A stretch of DNA of 45,723 bases from Flavisolibacter sp. (lineage in GTDB: Bacteria > Bacteroidota > Bacteroidia > Chitinophagales > Chitinophagaceae): positions 1-45,723 of the forward strand of contig JBQCHB010000079.1 of the NCBI GenBank assembly GCA_051955075.1. Direction: 5' to 3'. How positions within the stretch are numbered: the first letter of the stretch is position 1; the number at the start of each line of letters is the position of its first letter. Made by a program: the position numbers and the translations under genes. A model generated the notes under the pieces. It had not been told where the DNA came from. It ran no database searches and worked only from the letters and a program-made list of their open reading frames with translations. Positions 28,458 to 38,423 of this stretch are shown here, one piece after another.

Positions 28458-29412
28458 ATTTGCTGATCTTAAAACATTGCCGTTTTAATTTCCCTGTAAA
28501 ATCAAATGGTGTGGTAGCTTTTGTAATGTTTTTAATAACCGAAGCATTTATATTTTCTTCATCCAATAGGAACTTAGTGAAGTTGGTACTGAAAAATAAA
28601 ATGCCACCTTCACTCAAAGCATGCATGCAATCGTTGATTAGCACTACATGATCTCTTTGAATGTCGAGAAAATCTTCCATCCTTTTACTATTGCTAAAAG
28701 TAGGAGGGTCCATTACAATTACATCAAAACTATTAGCATCGAGAGTCTTCAAATACTGTTTTACATCAGCATGAATCAATTGATGATTTGAAAATCCTGG
28801 AAAATTTAACTGCATGTTCCTTTCGGCCCAGTCTAAATAGGTTTTGGAAAGATCGACAGAAACAACCTTACCCGCATCGCCGGCGGCAGCATAAATAGAA
28901 AATGAACCTGTGTAACAGAACAAATTCAATATTCTTATTCTTTTTTTGCCGGACAATTCTTTTACCATTTGCCTTGTAATGCGGTGGTCAAGAAAAAGAC
29001 CGGTATCTAAATAATCGCTCAGGTTTATAATAAACTTCAAACCATTTTCATGAGCCACAAACTCCGCTTTTTGCTCATTAAATTTTTGGTATTGCCCTAA
29101 CCTGTTTTCCTTTCTTTGCCTGAGTTTTAAAAAGATGTTTTCAAGGGGAACTCCAATCACTTCTGACATAATTTTTTTACAACCATCCAGCCATTGCTCA
29201 TGGTCTTCCTCAGTTAAGTTGTGTCTTCTCTTATATTCCGAAACATAAAGCTTGTCTTCATAAAGCTCAATCAGGAACGGAAATTCGGGCAGATCATGAT
29301 CATATATTCTATAGCAACTAACGCCCTGACGCTTTGCCTGTTTGTTCAAATGCCTGTACACTTTTTCCAGTCGGTTTTGAAACATTAAATATTTGTCAAA
29401 AGGTTGCTGCAT
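28456..29412 (-). CDS. Class I SAM-dependent rRNA methyltransferase (stand-alone RlmK/RlmI-like domain)
   Basis: YRIYD.DLPEF, DYLDTGLFLDHR, LNLFCYTGSFS, VDLSKTYL.WA and DPPTFSNSKRM. Confidence 0.88.
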   Translation of the reverse strand: MQQPFDKYLMFQNRLEKVYRHLNKQAKRQGVSCYRIYDHDLPEFPFLIELYEDKLYVSEYKRRHNLTEEDHEQWLDGCKKIMSEVIGVPLENIFLKLRQRKENRLGQYQKFNEQKAEFVAHENGLKFIINLSDYLDTGLFLDHRITRQMVKELSGKKRIRILNLFCYTGSFSIYAAAGDAGKVVSVDLSKTYLDWAERNMQLNFPGFSNHQLIHADVKQYLKTLDANSFDVIVMDPPTFSNSKRMEDFLDIQRDHVVLINDCMHALSEGGILFFSTNFTKFLLDEENINASVIKNITKATTPFDFTGKLKRQCFKISK

Positions 29413-29444
29413 TGCTAAATATTTTAGAACTTCGATGCCCTTGT

Positions 29445-29547
29445 CAAGTTCAAAGGCTCAAGGGTTCACGAGGCTCGCAAGTTAGTGATAACCCTAAACT
29501 TAAAATCCGTGAACCTGTGAACTAGTAAACTTGTAAACTTCCAAACT
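29445..29547. repeat. Inverted array of degenerate 8-mer repeats in a divergent promoter region
   Basis: aagttcaa-aggctcaa-gggttcac on the left; ccgtgaac-ctgtgaac-tagtaaac-ttgtaaac-ttccaaac on the right. Confidence 0.65.
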
Positions 29548-29550
29548 GAG

Positions 29551-30921
29551 ATGTACGCAATTGTAGATATTGAAACGACAGGTGGATACGCTGCAGCCAA
29601 CGGCATTATTGAAATTGCCATTAAAATATTTGACGGTTCTTCTGTTATAGAAGAATATCAAACGCTGATCAATCCCGACCAGGTTATTCCGAAATACATC
29701 CAGGCCTTCACCGGCATCAATAATGAAATGGTTCAAAATGCGCCGCGTTTTGAAGAAGTTGCTGAAAAGGTTTTTACACTTTTACAGGGCAATATTTTTG
29801 TGGCACATAATGTAAACTTTGACTATTCTTTCCTCAAAAGCCATCTTGATTTTTACGGCTATACTTTCAGCGCCAAAAAGCTCTGCACGATTCGGCTGGC
29901 CCGACAAATTTTTCCGGGCTTTCCATCTTATAGCCTTGGTAATTTGTGCCACTCGCTAGGCATTGAGTTAAACAACAGGCATCGTGCAGATGGAGACGCT
30001 TCTGCTACTGTAATATTGTTCAAAAGCCTTTTGGATAATGATGCAAAAGGTCTCATTATTTCAAGTTTAAATCGTACTTCAAAAGAACAGGCTTTGCCGC
30101 CTAATGTACCAAAAGCTCATTTTGATGCGCTGCCCAAAACACCAGGCGTATACTATTTTCACGATCAGAAAGGAAAGGTGATTTATGTAGGCAAGGCAAA
30201 AAACATTCGCACAAGAGTCAACAGTCATTTCAGTAATAATTCTGACGGCAGACAAAAGCAAAATTTTTTGCGCAATATTTATGGTATCAGCTTCCAGGCT
30301 ACGGCAACGGAATTAATGGCCGCAATATTAGAATCAACTGAAATAAAAAAGCTCTGGCCCATTTTCAATACCTCTCAAAAAAGGCAGGAAGATGTGTATG
30401 GTATTTTTGTTTATGAAGACCAGAACAGCTACATGCGGCTGGCAATTGAAAAGAAGCGGAAAAACTCAAATCCTGTTTACACATTTCATTTTAAAGTAGA
30501 TGGACATGGTGTGTTAAGAAAATTGATGAAAGAATTTTTTTTATGCCCCAAGCTTTGCTTTATGCAAACCGATCATGAAAAATGTGTGGGCATGATAGAA
30601 GAACATTGCTTTGGCGCTTGTGAAAAAAAGGAAGCTTATCAAATTTATAATCAAAGAGTATTACAAGCCATTGCTTCTTTAACACAACGACCATCGTATG
30701 TGGTGCTGGATAAAGGATTGAGTGCGGATGAAATTTCCTGCATCATGGTAGTGCAAGGCAATTTTTTCGGCATGGGTTATTTGCCTGAAAATTTTACCGA
30801 CATCACTCAAAAAGCCATTGCTGAATATATCAAGCCTTATAAGGAAAATAGTTATATAAGGACTTTGCTAACTTCTCATGCACAAAATTTTCCGCATCAA
30901 ATTAAAACATTAGAAGAGTAG
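29551..30921 (+). CDS. DEDDh exonuclease (Pol III epsilon-like) fused to GIY-YIG (UvrC/Cho-like) nuclease
   Basis: VDIETTG, AHNVNFD, HRADGDA; PGVYYF....VIYVGKA.NIR.RV.SHF; Cys cluster. Confidence 0.9.
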   Translation: MYAIVDIETTGGYAAANGIIEIAIKIFDGSSVIEEYQTLINPDQVIPKYIQAFTGINNEMVQNAPRFEEVAEKVFTLLQGNIFVAHNVNFDYSFLKSHLDFYGYTFSAKKLCTIRLARQIFPGFPSYSLGNLCHSLGIELNNRHRADGDASATVILFKSLLDNDAKGLIISSLNRTSKEQALPPNVPKAHFDALPKTPGVYYFHDQKGKVIYVGKAKNIRTRVNSHFSNNSDGRQKQNFLRNIYGISFQATATELMAAILESTEIKKLWPIFNTSQKRQEDVYGIFVYEDQNSYMRLAIEKKRKNSNPVYTFHFKVDGHGVLRKLMKEFFLCPKLCFMQTDHEKCVGMIEEHCFGACEKKEAYQIYNQRVLQAIASLTQRPSYVVLDKGLSADEISCIMVVQGNFFGMGYLPENFTDITQKAIAEYIKPYKENSYIRTLLTSHAQNFPHQIKTLEE

Positions 30922-30957
30922 CCGGCCGTAAGAAATTAAGAAATGAGCACCACTACC

Positions 30958-31395
30958 TTAACCAATCCATTCAAAGCCTTCGGCTTGCGGCATTTTGCTG
31001 AATACTTCATGCACTTGTTCGGGTGGAGAAGTGAGTTTGCGCTGCACCACATTCATCCATGCACCATCCACGGTGAGTACGGCACAAAGTGTGTCGCCAT
31101 TTTTTGTGATCTGATGCTGAATACTCCATCGTGAAAAATCTTTTTTTGCACGAATCAGCTGCAGGTTCATTCTTACTTCATCAGCTAATTTAATTTCTCT
31201 TCTAAAAACACACTCTTCTTTGAAAAGTATAGGGCCAAACTGCAGTTGTTGCATCACATCTGCCGTGAGGCCATATTCATTTAAAAATTCTAGGCGGCAA
31301 AAAGCTCCCCAATCGTAATAGACCGAGTGGCGTAAATGAAAGTTCGGATCAAGATCTGACCAGCGGATTTGTACTATGCGGCTAAAATCATTCAT
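30958..31395 (-). CDS. Acyl-CoA thioesterase (4HBT/YbgC-like)
   Basis: IRWSDLDPNFHLRHSVY motif. Confidence 0.88.
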   Translation of the reverse strand: MNDFSRIVQIRWSDLDPNFHLRHSVYYDWGAFCRLEFLNEYGLTADVMQQLQFGPILFKEECVFRREIKLADEVRMNLQLIRAKKDFSRWSIQHQITKNGDTLCAVLTVDGAWMNVVQRKLTSPPEQVHEVFSKMPQAEGFEWIG

Positions 31396-32594
31396 TATGT
31401 AAACATTCTTTTTTTCAAAAAATAAAAACCAATTGCTGCAAAAATGCAGAGAACAAAATCAAATATCCAAAGTATTGGAAAGCCTGCCCTTGCTGCAATT
31501 TGCGCTGCAATGGTTGGCGCCATTACCATAGCCAATGAAAAAGACATGGTATATACAGCGGCATATTGTCCTCTTGTTCTTTCTGTGCTTCTGCTTACCC
31601 AAAAATTATTCATGAAAGGGAAAAGCAGCATTTCGCCAAGCGTTACTATAATCATGCTTATCAGAGCTATGAGTAAAATTGAAGAGATATTTAAAGTCAA
31701 AAAAGAAGCGCCAATTAAAAAGGCGCCAAGCGTCATATATAAAACTGCGTTGCGGCGGTTTTCTAATTTGTAAACCAATACCATTTCAACAATGGCAATG
31801 ATCAGCCCATTCATTGCCAATAGCCAGCCAATAACAGCTTCGTTTAAATGCAATTGCTCTTTATAATACACCGGCAGAATGCTGAACATTTGAAAAAAAC
31901 AAATACCCACTAAAAAAATGTAAAACATTCCTGTTAAAAAAATTTTGTCGTGGTAAGCAGAGTTTTCTCTACTGTGTTTAATTTTTTTTTGTTTTTGTGG
32001 ATGCAGGTTTTTATCAGGTGCAAAAACCACATACAATACCAAAGATGCTGCAATGCAGGTTATACCATCAGCCCAAAATAATAGCGAATAACTAATGCTG
32101 GCCAAAATGCCGCCAATAGCGGGGCCGACAGACCAACCTAAATTAATGGCCAGGCGGTTGAGTGAATAACAGCGGGTTCTGTTGCTTTCGTTGCTATACG
32201 CCGCAATGGCAGCTGAATTGGCAGGCCTGAAGGCTTCACCCAGGCTGCTGAGTACAAATATGCAAATGACAAGCTGCGTAAGCGTTTGCATTTGCCCCAA
32301 TACAATAAATAAAATGCCATTCATTAAAAGGCTGAATACCTGCACATAAAAATGTCCGAATGTATCCGTCAACCTGCCTCCGAGGTAACCGCCCAAAATA
32401 GCGCCGGTTCCAAAGGCTCCCATTACATAACCCGCTTGCTCTAAACTAAACCCCCTATGCGTGAGATAAACTGTTAAAAAGGGAATGACCATCGTGCCGC
32501 TCCGGTTGATAAAAATAACGAGAGCCAGCCACCACATGGGTTTTGACAACCCGCTGTAAGCATTGCGATATAGTTGTATAGAAGCCTGAAGCAT
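31395..32594 (-). CDS. MFS transporter
   Basis: About 12 TM segments, G.L.D.FG motif A and RGQY; ATG 32594 preferred. Confidence 0.9.
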   Translation of the reverse strand: MLQASIQLYRNAYSGLSKPMWWLALVIFINRSGTMVIPFLTVYLTHRGFSLEQAGYVMGAFGTGAILGGYLGGRLTDTFGHFYVQVFSLLMNGILFIVLGQMQTLTQLVICIFVLSSLGEAFRPANSAAIAAYSNESNRTRCYSLNRLAINLGWSVGPAIGGILASISYSLLFWADGITCIAASLVLYVVFAPDKNLHPQKQKKIKHSRENSAYHDKIFLTGMFYIFLVGICFFQMFSILPVYYKEQLHLNEAVIGWLLAMNGLIIAIVEMVLVYKLENRRNAVLYMTLGAFLIGASFLTLNISSILLIALISMIIVTLGEMLLFPFMNNFWVSRSTERTRGQYAAVYTMSFSLAMVMAPTIAAQIAARAGFPILWIFDFVLCIFAAIGFYFLKKRMFT

Positions 32595-32720
32595 TTGCGA
32601 AATTAATTTATCCTTTACAACCATTGACCGCCATTCCTGTATTTTTGTTGCTTAACATTTAAACGAAATGGGCCATAATATTTATGGTAATTCCATTCGA
32701 AAAACATTTAAAAACCAAAA

Positions 32721-33419
32721 ATGAAAAAGTATCTCGTTGCCGGATTTTCTCTTTTTACTGTAGCCGTACAGGCGCAAAAAACGCCCCCTAAAAAATCTGC
32801 ACCTGCAAAGCCTTCGCAATCCGCGCCTGCTTTAAAAAATTTGAATGACTCGGTTAGCTATGCCATAGGAATGAGTGTTGCTAAGTTTTATTCGCAACAG
32901 GGAATTAAAAATCTTAACTCTGCCATGTGTGCTAAAGCTATCAGCGATGTTTTTAACAATAAAAAAGAACTGCTTACAGAAGAAGAAGCTAACCTGGCCG
33001 TAATGCGTTTTTTAAATCCCAATGTGTTTAAAAATATTGAGGCCGGAGAAAAATTTTTAGCAGAAAACAAAGCAAAGCCTGGTGTAAAAACAACCGCATC
33101 GGGTTTGCAGTACGAGGTGCTTATTGAAGGCAAAGGCGCCAAGCCATTGGCAACAGATACAGTGGAAGTAAATTATGCAGGAACTTTATTAGACGGGACT
33201 GAATTTGATAATTCATATAAAAGAGGCGCTCCAATAACTTTTTCTTTAAACGGAGTAATTAGGGGTTGGACAGAAGCTTTGCAATTAATGCCCGTTGGCT
33301 CTAAATATAAATTGTATGTGCCTTATCAACTGGGTTACGGTATGAATGATTATGGCTCCATTCCTGGTGGCTCTGTTTTGGTTTTTGAAGTAGAGTTGCT
33401 GAATATAAAAGGCAAATAG
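32721..33419 (+). CDS. FKBP-type peptidyl-prolyl cis-trans isomerase (FkpA/FklB-like)
   Basis: SYAIG, T.SGLQYEVL, Y.GTL.DG.EFD.S, VI.GW.EALQLM and L.FEVELL. Confidence 0.95.
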   Translation: MKKYLVAGFSLFTVAVQAQKTPPKKSAPAKPSQSAPALKNLNDSVSYAIGMSVAKFYSQQGIKNLNSAMCAKAISDVFNNKKELLTEEEANLAVMRFLNPNVFKNIEAGEKFLAENKAKPGVKTTASGLQYEVLIEGKGAKPLATDTVEVNYAGTLLDGTEFDNSYKRGAPITFSLNGVIRGWTEALQLMPVGSKYKLYVPYQLGYGMNDYGSIPGGSVLVFEVELLNIKGK

Positions 33420-33441
33420 TTTCTTTTATCCAAAAAAAGTT

Positions 33442-33472
33442 AAGGGATGATCAAAAGATCATCCCTTTTTTT
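33442..33472. terminator. Intrinsic terminator after the FKBP gene
   Basis: AAGGGATGATC-AAAA-GATCATCCCTT plus T-run. Confidence 0.8.
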
Positions 33473-33676
33473 GAGCTAACCGACCTTAAACTATCGCTTC
33501 TTTATAATTATTTCTATTATTTTAATTAAAGGGTACGACCGGTTATGCTTGTTGAAATCAGCAATTTTTTGTGATCTTAAAGCAATGACAGATAGGTCTA
33601 CGTTTTAAGTTCCGACAAAATGATTGAGAAAAAAGTTTTGTATGGAAGAGAGACGAGGCAAAGAGCACGGAAAGAA

Positions 33677-33711
33677 AATTCCATCAAAGAGATAGTCTCT
33701 TTGATGGAATT
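33677..33711 (-). terminator. Intrinsic terminator after the T9SS cargo gene
   Basis: Perfect 16-bp stem AATTCCATCAAAGAGA-TAG-TCTCTTTGATGGAATT. Confidence 0.8.
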
Positions 33712-33721
33712 ATTTGCTTGC

Positions 33722-35218
33722 CTATTGCACAATGAATTTTTCAACTGAAACCTGGCCGCTTTCTCTTTCCTTAGCTCTTGCTAAGTATTGGCCTTTTGGT
33801 AATCCTGAAACCTGCTGTGTGCTTCTAACAGCATTGAACTCTTTTACAATTCTGCCGGAGTTGTCTATGATTTGAAGATCGTAGAATGCAGATGCGTCAC
33901 TCAGTACAAGTGATACATTTCCATGAGCAGATGCAGGATTTGGATAAATTAAAATGCTGCTGGCGGCACCATTTCCTTCATTGCTCAATGAACGCACCTG
34001 GCTGTATTTTGCCTTACCATCGATATCAACCTGCAAAATTCTATATTGAACTACACCTTTGAAATTAAATACATCATTGAATACATAATTCAGGTCAGAA
34101 GTACTGTTTCCACCGTCTGCCTTTGTAGCTATAAAACCAAGGTTTTCCCACTGGCCATTATAAAAACGCTGTACATAGAAACCTTTGTTATTGATCTCTG
34201 TTGAAGTTGTCCATCTTAAACCATTGGTAGAACCAGATTTGCTGGCTGTAAAAGATTTGAAGTTTACAGGCAAAACACTGGCACATTCGTTTTGGGCAAT
34301 ATTAGCAATATTGTAAGGAGTACCATTGGCAGGGGTGTATTTAACAACTACCCAATAGTTGGCATCATTACCTGGCGCATTTGCACCTGTGAAATCTGTA
34401 AAGTTAACCGCAGAGAAAGAGTTTCCAGAACTGATAGTTGCTGTTTTCGACCCACCAGTGGTAACATTAATGTCTGGCGTAGATTCATAAACAAATTCAT
34501 TATTAACCAGGTTGTTATCATCCTTATGTATTTCGTATGTTACAGTAATAGGCGTAGCACTATTAGTAGAAATAAGAAAGGAAAGTGATGTACCTGCCAG
34601 TGATCCTTTACATGCCTTTACAGGTGGGGTTAAGTTTAATGATAAATCTCCAATGTTAAGGCTCCTACCGGTGAACGTGCATTGAGGCTTTGTATTTGAT
34701 CCCAAAGAATTTGCATTTGTTGACCATACGTCAGCTTTAATCGCAGGGATTGTACAGTCGTTATTAGCAAGGTTTAAAGTAACGTTTGTAAAAACGTAAG
34801 AATAAACGGTACCCGAACCACTACCTGTGGTGGTAACTTGAGGTGTTCCTGCTGTTGCCATAACTACAGGCTGTGACGTGCTAAAAGGATAACTGCTTAA
34901 TACAATCGGCGTAGCTCCTGAATTATCTACACCAAGTGTCCCAATTGAACTTGATAAGAAAGCTGCTGAAGGTGCTGAGTTGCCATAATTCCATGGTGTA
35001 GCAGGGTAGTTAGCTGTGTTCCAAAAATGTACCCAAATGCCTTTATTGCCGTTATTAAGCTGGGCAGTTATTGTTAAATTAAAAGTAACAATGCAATTAC
35101 TGCCACTTGTTGTTTTATGCACATCGGAAGTGGTAACATCCAGAATGGTACATTGTGCATTCAGATTACCTAAATAGGCAATTGAAGCCAGGAAAAACGA
35201 GAGTAAAGTCTTTTTCAT
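33722..35218 (-). CDS. T9SS type A sorting domain-containing secreted protein
   Basis: Signal peptide, Ser/Thr/Asn-rich body, LPV.F.SF.A...W.T..E.NN.GF, YRI.QVD.DG...YS and IYPNP sorting domain. Confidence 0.85.
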   Translation of the reverse strand: MKKTLLSFFLASIAYLGNLNAQCTILDVTTSDVHKTTSGSNCIVTFNLTITAQLNNGNKGIWVHFWNTANYPATPWNYGNSAPSAAFLSSSIGTLGVDNSGATPIVLSSYPFSTSQPVVMATAGTPQVTTTGSGSGTVYSYVFTNVTLNLANNDCTIPAIKADVWSTNANSLGSNTKPQCTFTGRSLNIGDLSLNLTPPVKACKGSLAGTSLSFLISTNSATPITVTYEIHKDDNNLVNNEFVYESTPDINVTTGGSKTATISSGNSFSAVNFTDFTGANAPGNDANYWVVVKYTPANGTPYNIANIAQNECASVLPVNFKSFTASKSGSTNGLRWTTSTEINNKGFYVQRFYNGQWENLGFIATKADGGNSTSDLNYVFNDVFNFKGVVQYRILQVDIDGKAKYSQVRSLSNEGNGAASSILIYPNPASAHGNVSLVLSDASAFYDLQIIDNSGRIVKEFNAVRSTQQVSGLPKGQYLARAKERESGQVSVEKFIVQ

Positions 35219-35554
35219 AATTACACAGAGTTTGGGGTTAAAAAATAGTTTATAGGTGGTGCGCTCAACACCGGTTTATGATGCGTTATTACATCCTGTT
35301 TTGAGGTTGTTCTGGAAAGTGGAAGAGGTAATTATGAATAGGATGCCTGGAACAATGCGCAATGGCACAGTTTTGCATTAGGGATCAGACAAGAAGGTTT
35401 AGGTCCGAAGGATAGTCGGAAAATATATTATCAAATGTTTGTAGGCTGTTGGGTACGGCTTTTAAGAAGGATTGGAAAAAGAAATTGTAGTTGTGGGTGT
35501 AAAAATAGAAACAATATTGAAAAAGTCAAATCTTCTTAAATTATTTTTTAAAAT

Positions 35555-36742
35555 TTATTGAACGATTAGTTTTTGCGATGTCATTGTTCCCGTTTGCCTG
35601 TCGATAATCCGGACAAAATAGTTGCCTCTTCTTAAATTGGTAAGTTGTTGACTACTACTGTTAATAGAAAGCCATTGCTGAATTAACTGGCCATTAATAT
35701 CCAACACTTGTACATCTCTTAAAGAATTTACATTACCAAAAGAAATATTTACTCTTCCATCTGTACTTGGATTTGGATAGATGACAATTTTATTTTCTTC
35801 TCCCAGTACGTTTAAGGTTTGAACAGGGCTATATGTTGCACGGCCATTTACATCTACCTGCCGCAAACGGTATTGAACATTGCCTTTCAATGGTGTATTA
35901 TCTCCGTATAAATATTCCAATGTTTCGCTGCTATTGCCTGCCGGCGCCAAAGTGGCAACGTAAGCAACAGTTGTCCATGCTTCATTGCCGATCCTTCTTT
36001 CAACTCCAAAACCACGGTTGTTTTGCTCTCTTGCCGTTTGCCATGCTATTTGTACAATAGCATTGTTTCTTTGTACTTGAAATTCTTTAAAATATCCATA
36101 GTTATTGGATTGGTTGGGACGATTGAAAATCGAAGCGTAGGCAGATTGCAAAGCTCCGAAACGTATGGTAACAAGGTTGCCGCATGAGTTTGTAAAAGAA
36201 AGATTGGGTAATAGTTTTAAAAATTGAGACAAATTATTATTCGCATCCACCGTAAAGGAAGCATCAATTAAAGTATTGCCGTTAAATAGCATCGCAATTT
36301 GGTCATTCGCTTCGTTATTATTGATTAATTCGTTGTAAAAATTAAAATCATTAAGCAATGAAGTATTGTTTATAAACCCGCTGTTGCTTTGGTTGATCAC
36401 ATACTTTTGCAACAAACCCTCTGCAAAAAGGCCTTTGAGGTTTAAGCTAAGGTTACTGCTGTAATTATTGTGAAATGAAGGTGCTGCAGAACTAATATTT
36501 GCGACTCCATTAGCAACGAGGTTTTGATTAGGTAATGTAATGACATAAAAACCTCTGTCCGTATTTCCTTTGTAGTAACTAACAATAGAATAACAGCCCA
36601 GGTTCAAAGCATTATTACTGTTATTGGCGAGCTCAAAATAATAATTGCCGTTAGCAGGCATGTAAGCTTTATTCAAAACAATTTGTGCGCTTAAAGAAAA
36701 GAAGCCAAAACAAATAAGAGAAAGAAACAACACTTTTTTCAT
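35555..36742 (-). CDS. T9SS type A sorting domain-containing secreted protein (degenerate lamin-tail-like N-terminus)
   Basis: Signal peptide MKKVLFL, IVLNK.Y.P...YFEL.N, W.TA.EQNNRGF, YRLRQVD.NG and IYPNPS sorting domain. Confidence 0.8.
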   Translation of the reverse strand: MKKVLFLSLICFGFFSLSAQIVLNKAYMPANGNYYFELANNSNNALNLGCYSIVSYYKGNTDRGFYVITLPNQNLVANGVANISSAAPSFHNNYSSNLSLNLKGLFAEGLLQKYVINQSNSGFINNTSLLNDFNFYNELINNNEANDQIAMLFNGNTLIDASFTVDANNNLSQFLKLLPNLSFTNSCGNLVTIRFGALQSAYASIFNRPNQSNNYGYFKEFQVQRNNAIVQIAWQTAREQNNRGFGVERRIGNEAWTTVAYVATLAPAGNSSETLEYLYGDNTPLKGNVQYRLRQVDVNGRATYSPVQTLNVLGEENKIVIYPNPSTDGRVNISFGNVNSLRDVQVLDINGQLIQQWLSINSSSQQLTNLRRGNYFVRIIDRQTGTMTSQKLIVQ

Positions 36743-37070
36743 AACCACTGTTTTAATATTCATACGCCTCATCACCCTTTGCAGGGACCAGATTATTAAT
36801 CTCTTGTGTAAGCGAACAGTGGTGCAGCCTTATGATAAAGGCCAGATATAAAAATCAAAAACGGTTCCAATTATGTGTAAAACTCTGTATTTGTTCTTAC
36901 AAACAGTCGTTGATTCATATTCTTGATCCTGTCGGATCAAATATTTTATTGTCAAGTCCCTTTTTATTTGTGGAGGGACATTGCCAAGAAAATATTCATT
37001 AAAACATGCTGTCCGATTAGTCTAGACTTATATGTCACTGTCCGTAAGATCAAATCCTGACTATTGCAAA

Positions 37071-37769
37071 TTATGAGGCGTACTGTTCAATATGCTCCTG
37101 CGCCCATTTTAATGCCTTTTGAAACTGTTCTTTTTCAGTAAGATTTGTGTTATCTAAAACAATCGCATCATCGGCCTGGTGTAAAGGACTTACTTCGCGG
37201 TGTGAGTCTATATAATCACGCAGTTCTAAATTATTTTTTATCTCTTCAAGCGTAATGTTGGGGTTTTTCTCATACAGTTCCTGGAAGCGTCTTTCTACCC
37301 TCACAGCGTTATCGGCAGTCATAAAAATTTTGAGTTCAGCATCGGGAAAAACAACTGTACCAATATCGCGGCCATCCATTACAATGCCCCGGTTTTTTCC
37401 CATTTTTTGTTGTTGCGCTACAGCGTACTCACGAACCTCTTTTATGGCAGCTACATCGCTTACTTTTTCGGCTACTACCAAATCACGTATCACATATTCC
37501 ACATTTTCACCGTTCAAAAAAATTTCTGATCTTTCGCTTTTGGGATTGTAGCTAAACTCAAGAGAAATTTCATTCAAAGCTTTCTTCACTTCTTTTTTAT
37601 CTGTCCAGTCTACATGATTACGCAAAAAATATAAGGTAATGGCACGATACATGGCGCCGCTATCTACATAAATATAATTCAGCGCCTTTGCCAGTTGTTT
37701 AGCCAAAGTGCTTTTGCCGCAGCTCGACCAGCCATCTATTGTAATAATGATCTTTTTCATATCAGCCAT
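37071..37769 (-). CDS. cmk: Cytidylate kinase
   Basis: IDG.SSCGKST, DSGAMYRA and MDGRDIGTVVFPDAELKIF. Confidence 0.96.
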   Translation of the reverse strand: MADMKKIIITIDGWSSCGKSTLAKQLAKALNYIYVDSGAMYRAITLYFLRNHVDWTDKKEVKKALNEISLEFSYNPKSERSEIFLNGENVEYVIRDLVVAEKVSDVAAIKEVREYAVAQQQKMGKNRGIVMDGRDIGTVVFPDAELKIFMTADNAVRVERRFQELYEKNPNITLEEIKNNLELRDYIDSHREVSPLHQADDAIVLDNTNLTEKEQFQKALKWAQEHIEQYAS

Positions 37770-37871
37770 TGCAAAAATGCAGGCAATAAATTACACAACA
37801 AAAAAACTCTTCTGCAACACGAAAAGAAAAAAATAAAAACGCCTTCTGCGCAAAATTTGTTTTAAAAGGAA

Positions 37872-38357
37872 TTAACCTTCATTTTCAATTAGCTTCATCG
37901 CATCGCGGCTATTGGCCCAACCTCCAGGAATAAATTTTTTCCCTTCCTGCTTGTTGTAAGAAATAAAGAAATGCTCGATCTCACTCAAAATATTTTGATT
38001 AAGATCTTTTATTGAGTCAAGGTCTTTGTACATGTGCGACTCAACGGGCACTGCCACCAAACGGTCGTTTCGTACCATGGCATCACCTTCTGATTGTGTT
38101 GCTTGTAAGGCGCCAATTATTTTGCATTCAACCACACAGCCCGGATAGGCTGCTTCATCCATGATGATCAGAACATCCAACGGATCGCCGTCCCCTCCTT
38201 TTGTGTCAGGAATAAACCCAAAGTCGAAAGGGAAAACTGCGCCTGCCGGAAGAATTTTTTTTAACCTGAAGGCTTTTGCTTTTTCATCATATGCATATTT
38301 ATTGCGGCAGCCTTTAGGTGTTTCAATAATAATATCAATGGTTGATTTCTTTTTCAT
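37872..38357 (-). CDS. ppa: Family I inorganic pyrophosphatase
   Basis: IETPKG.RNKY, FPFDFGFIP.T.GGDGDPLDVL and IEHFF.SY. Confidence 0.92.
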   Translation of the reverse strand: MKKKSTIDIIIETPKGCRNKYAYDEKAKAFRLKKILPAGAVFPFDFGFIPDTKGGDGDPLDVLIIMDEAAYPGCVVECKIIGALQATQSEGDAMVRNDRLVAVPVESHMYKDLDSIKDLNQNILSEIEHFFISYNKQEGKKFIPGGWANSRDAMKLIENEG

Positions 38358-38372
38358 AATAGTAAAAACAAA

Positions 38373-38403
38373 AAATCCCGTGCCGCTTCAGCGGACGGGA
38401 TTT
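38373..38403 (-). terminator. Probable clpC terminator
   Basis: AAATCCCGT..CCGC-TTCA-GCGG..ACGGGATTT hairpin with a T-run on the minus strand. Confidence 0.6.
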
Positions 38404-38423
38404 ACTATAAAATCGTTCTGTTG

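Noticed and set aside
29505-29525. TGTGAA upstream of the exonuclease/GIY-YIG gene as an operator of the S24 repressor
   Set aside because: It is explained by the local 8-mer repeat array, and a single hexamer is not significant.
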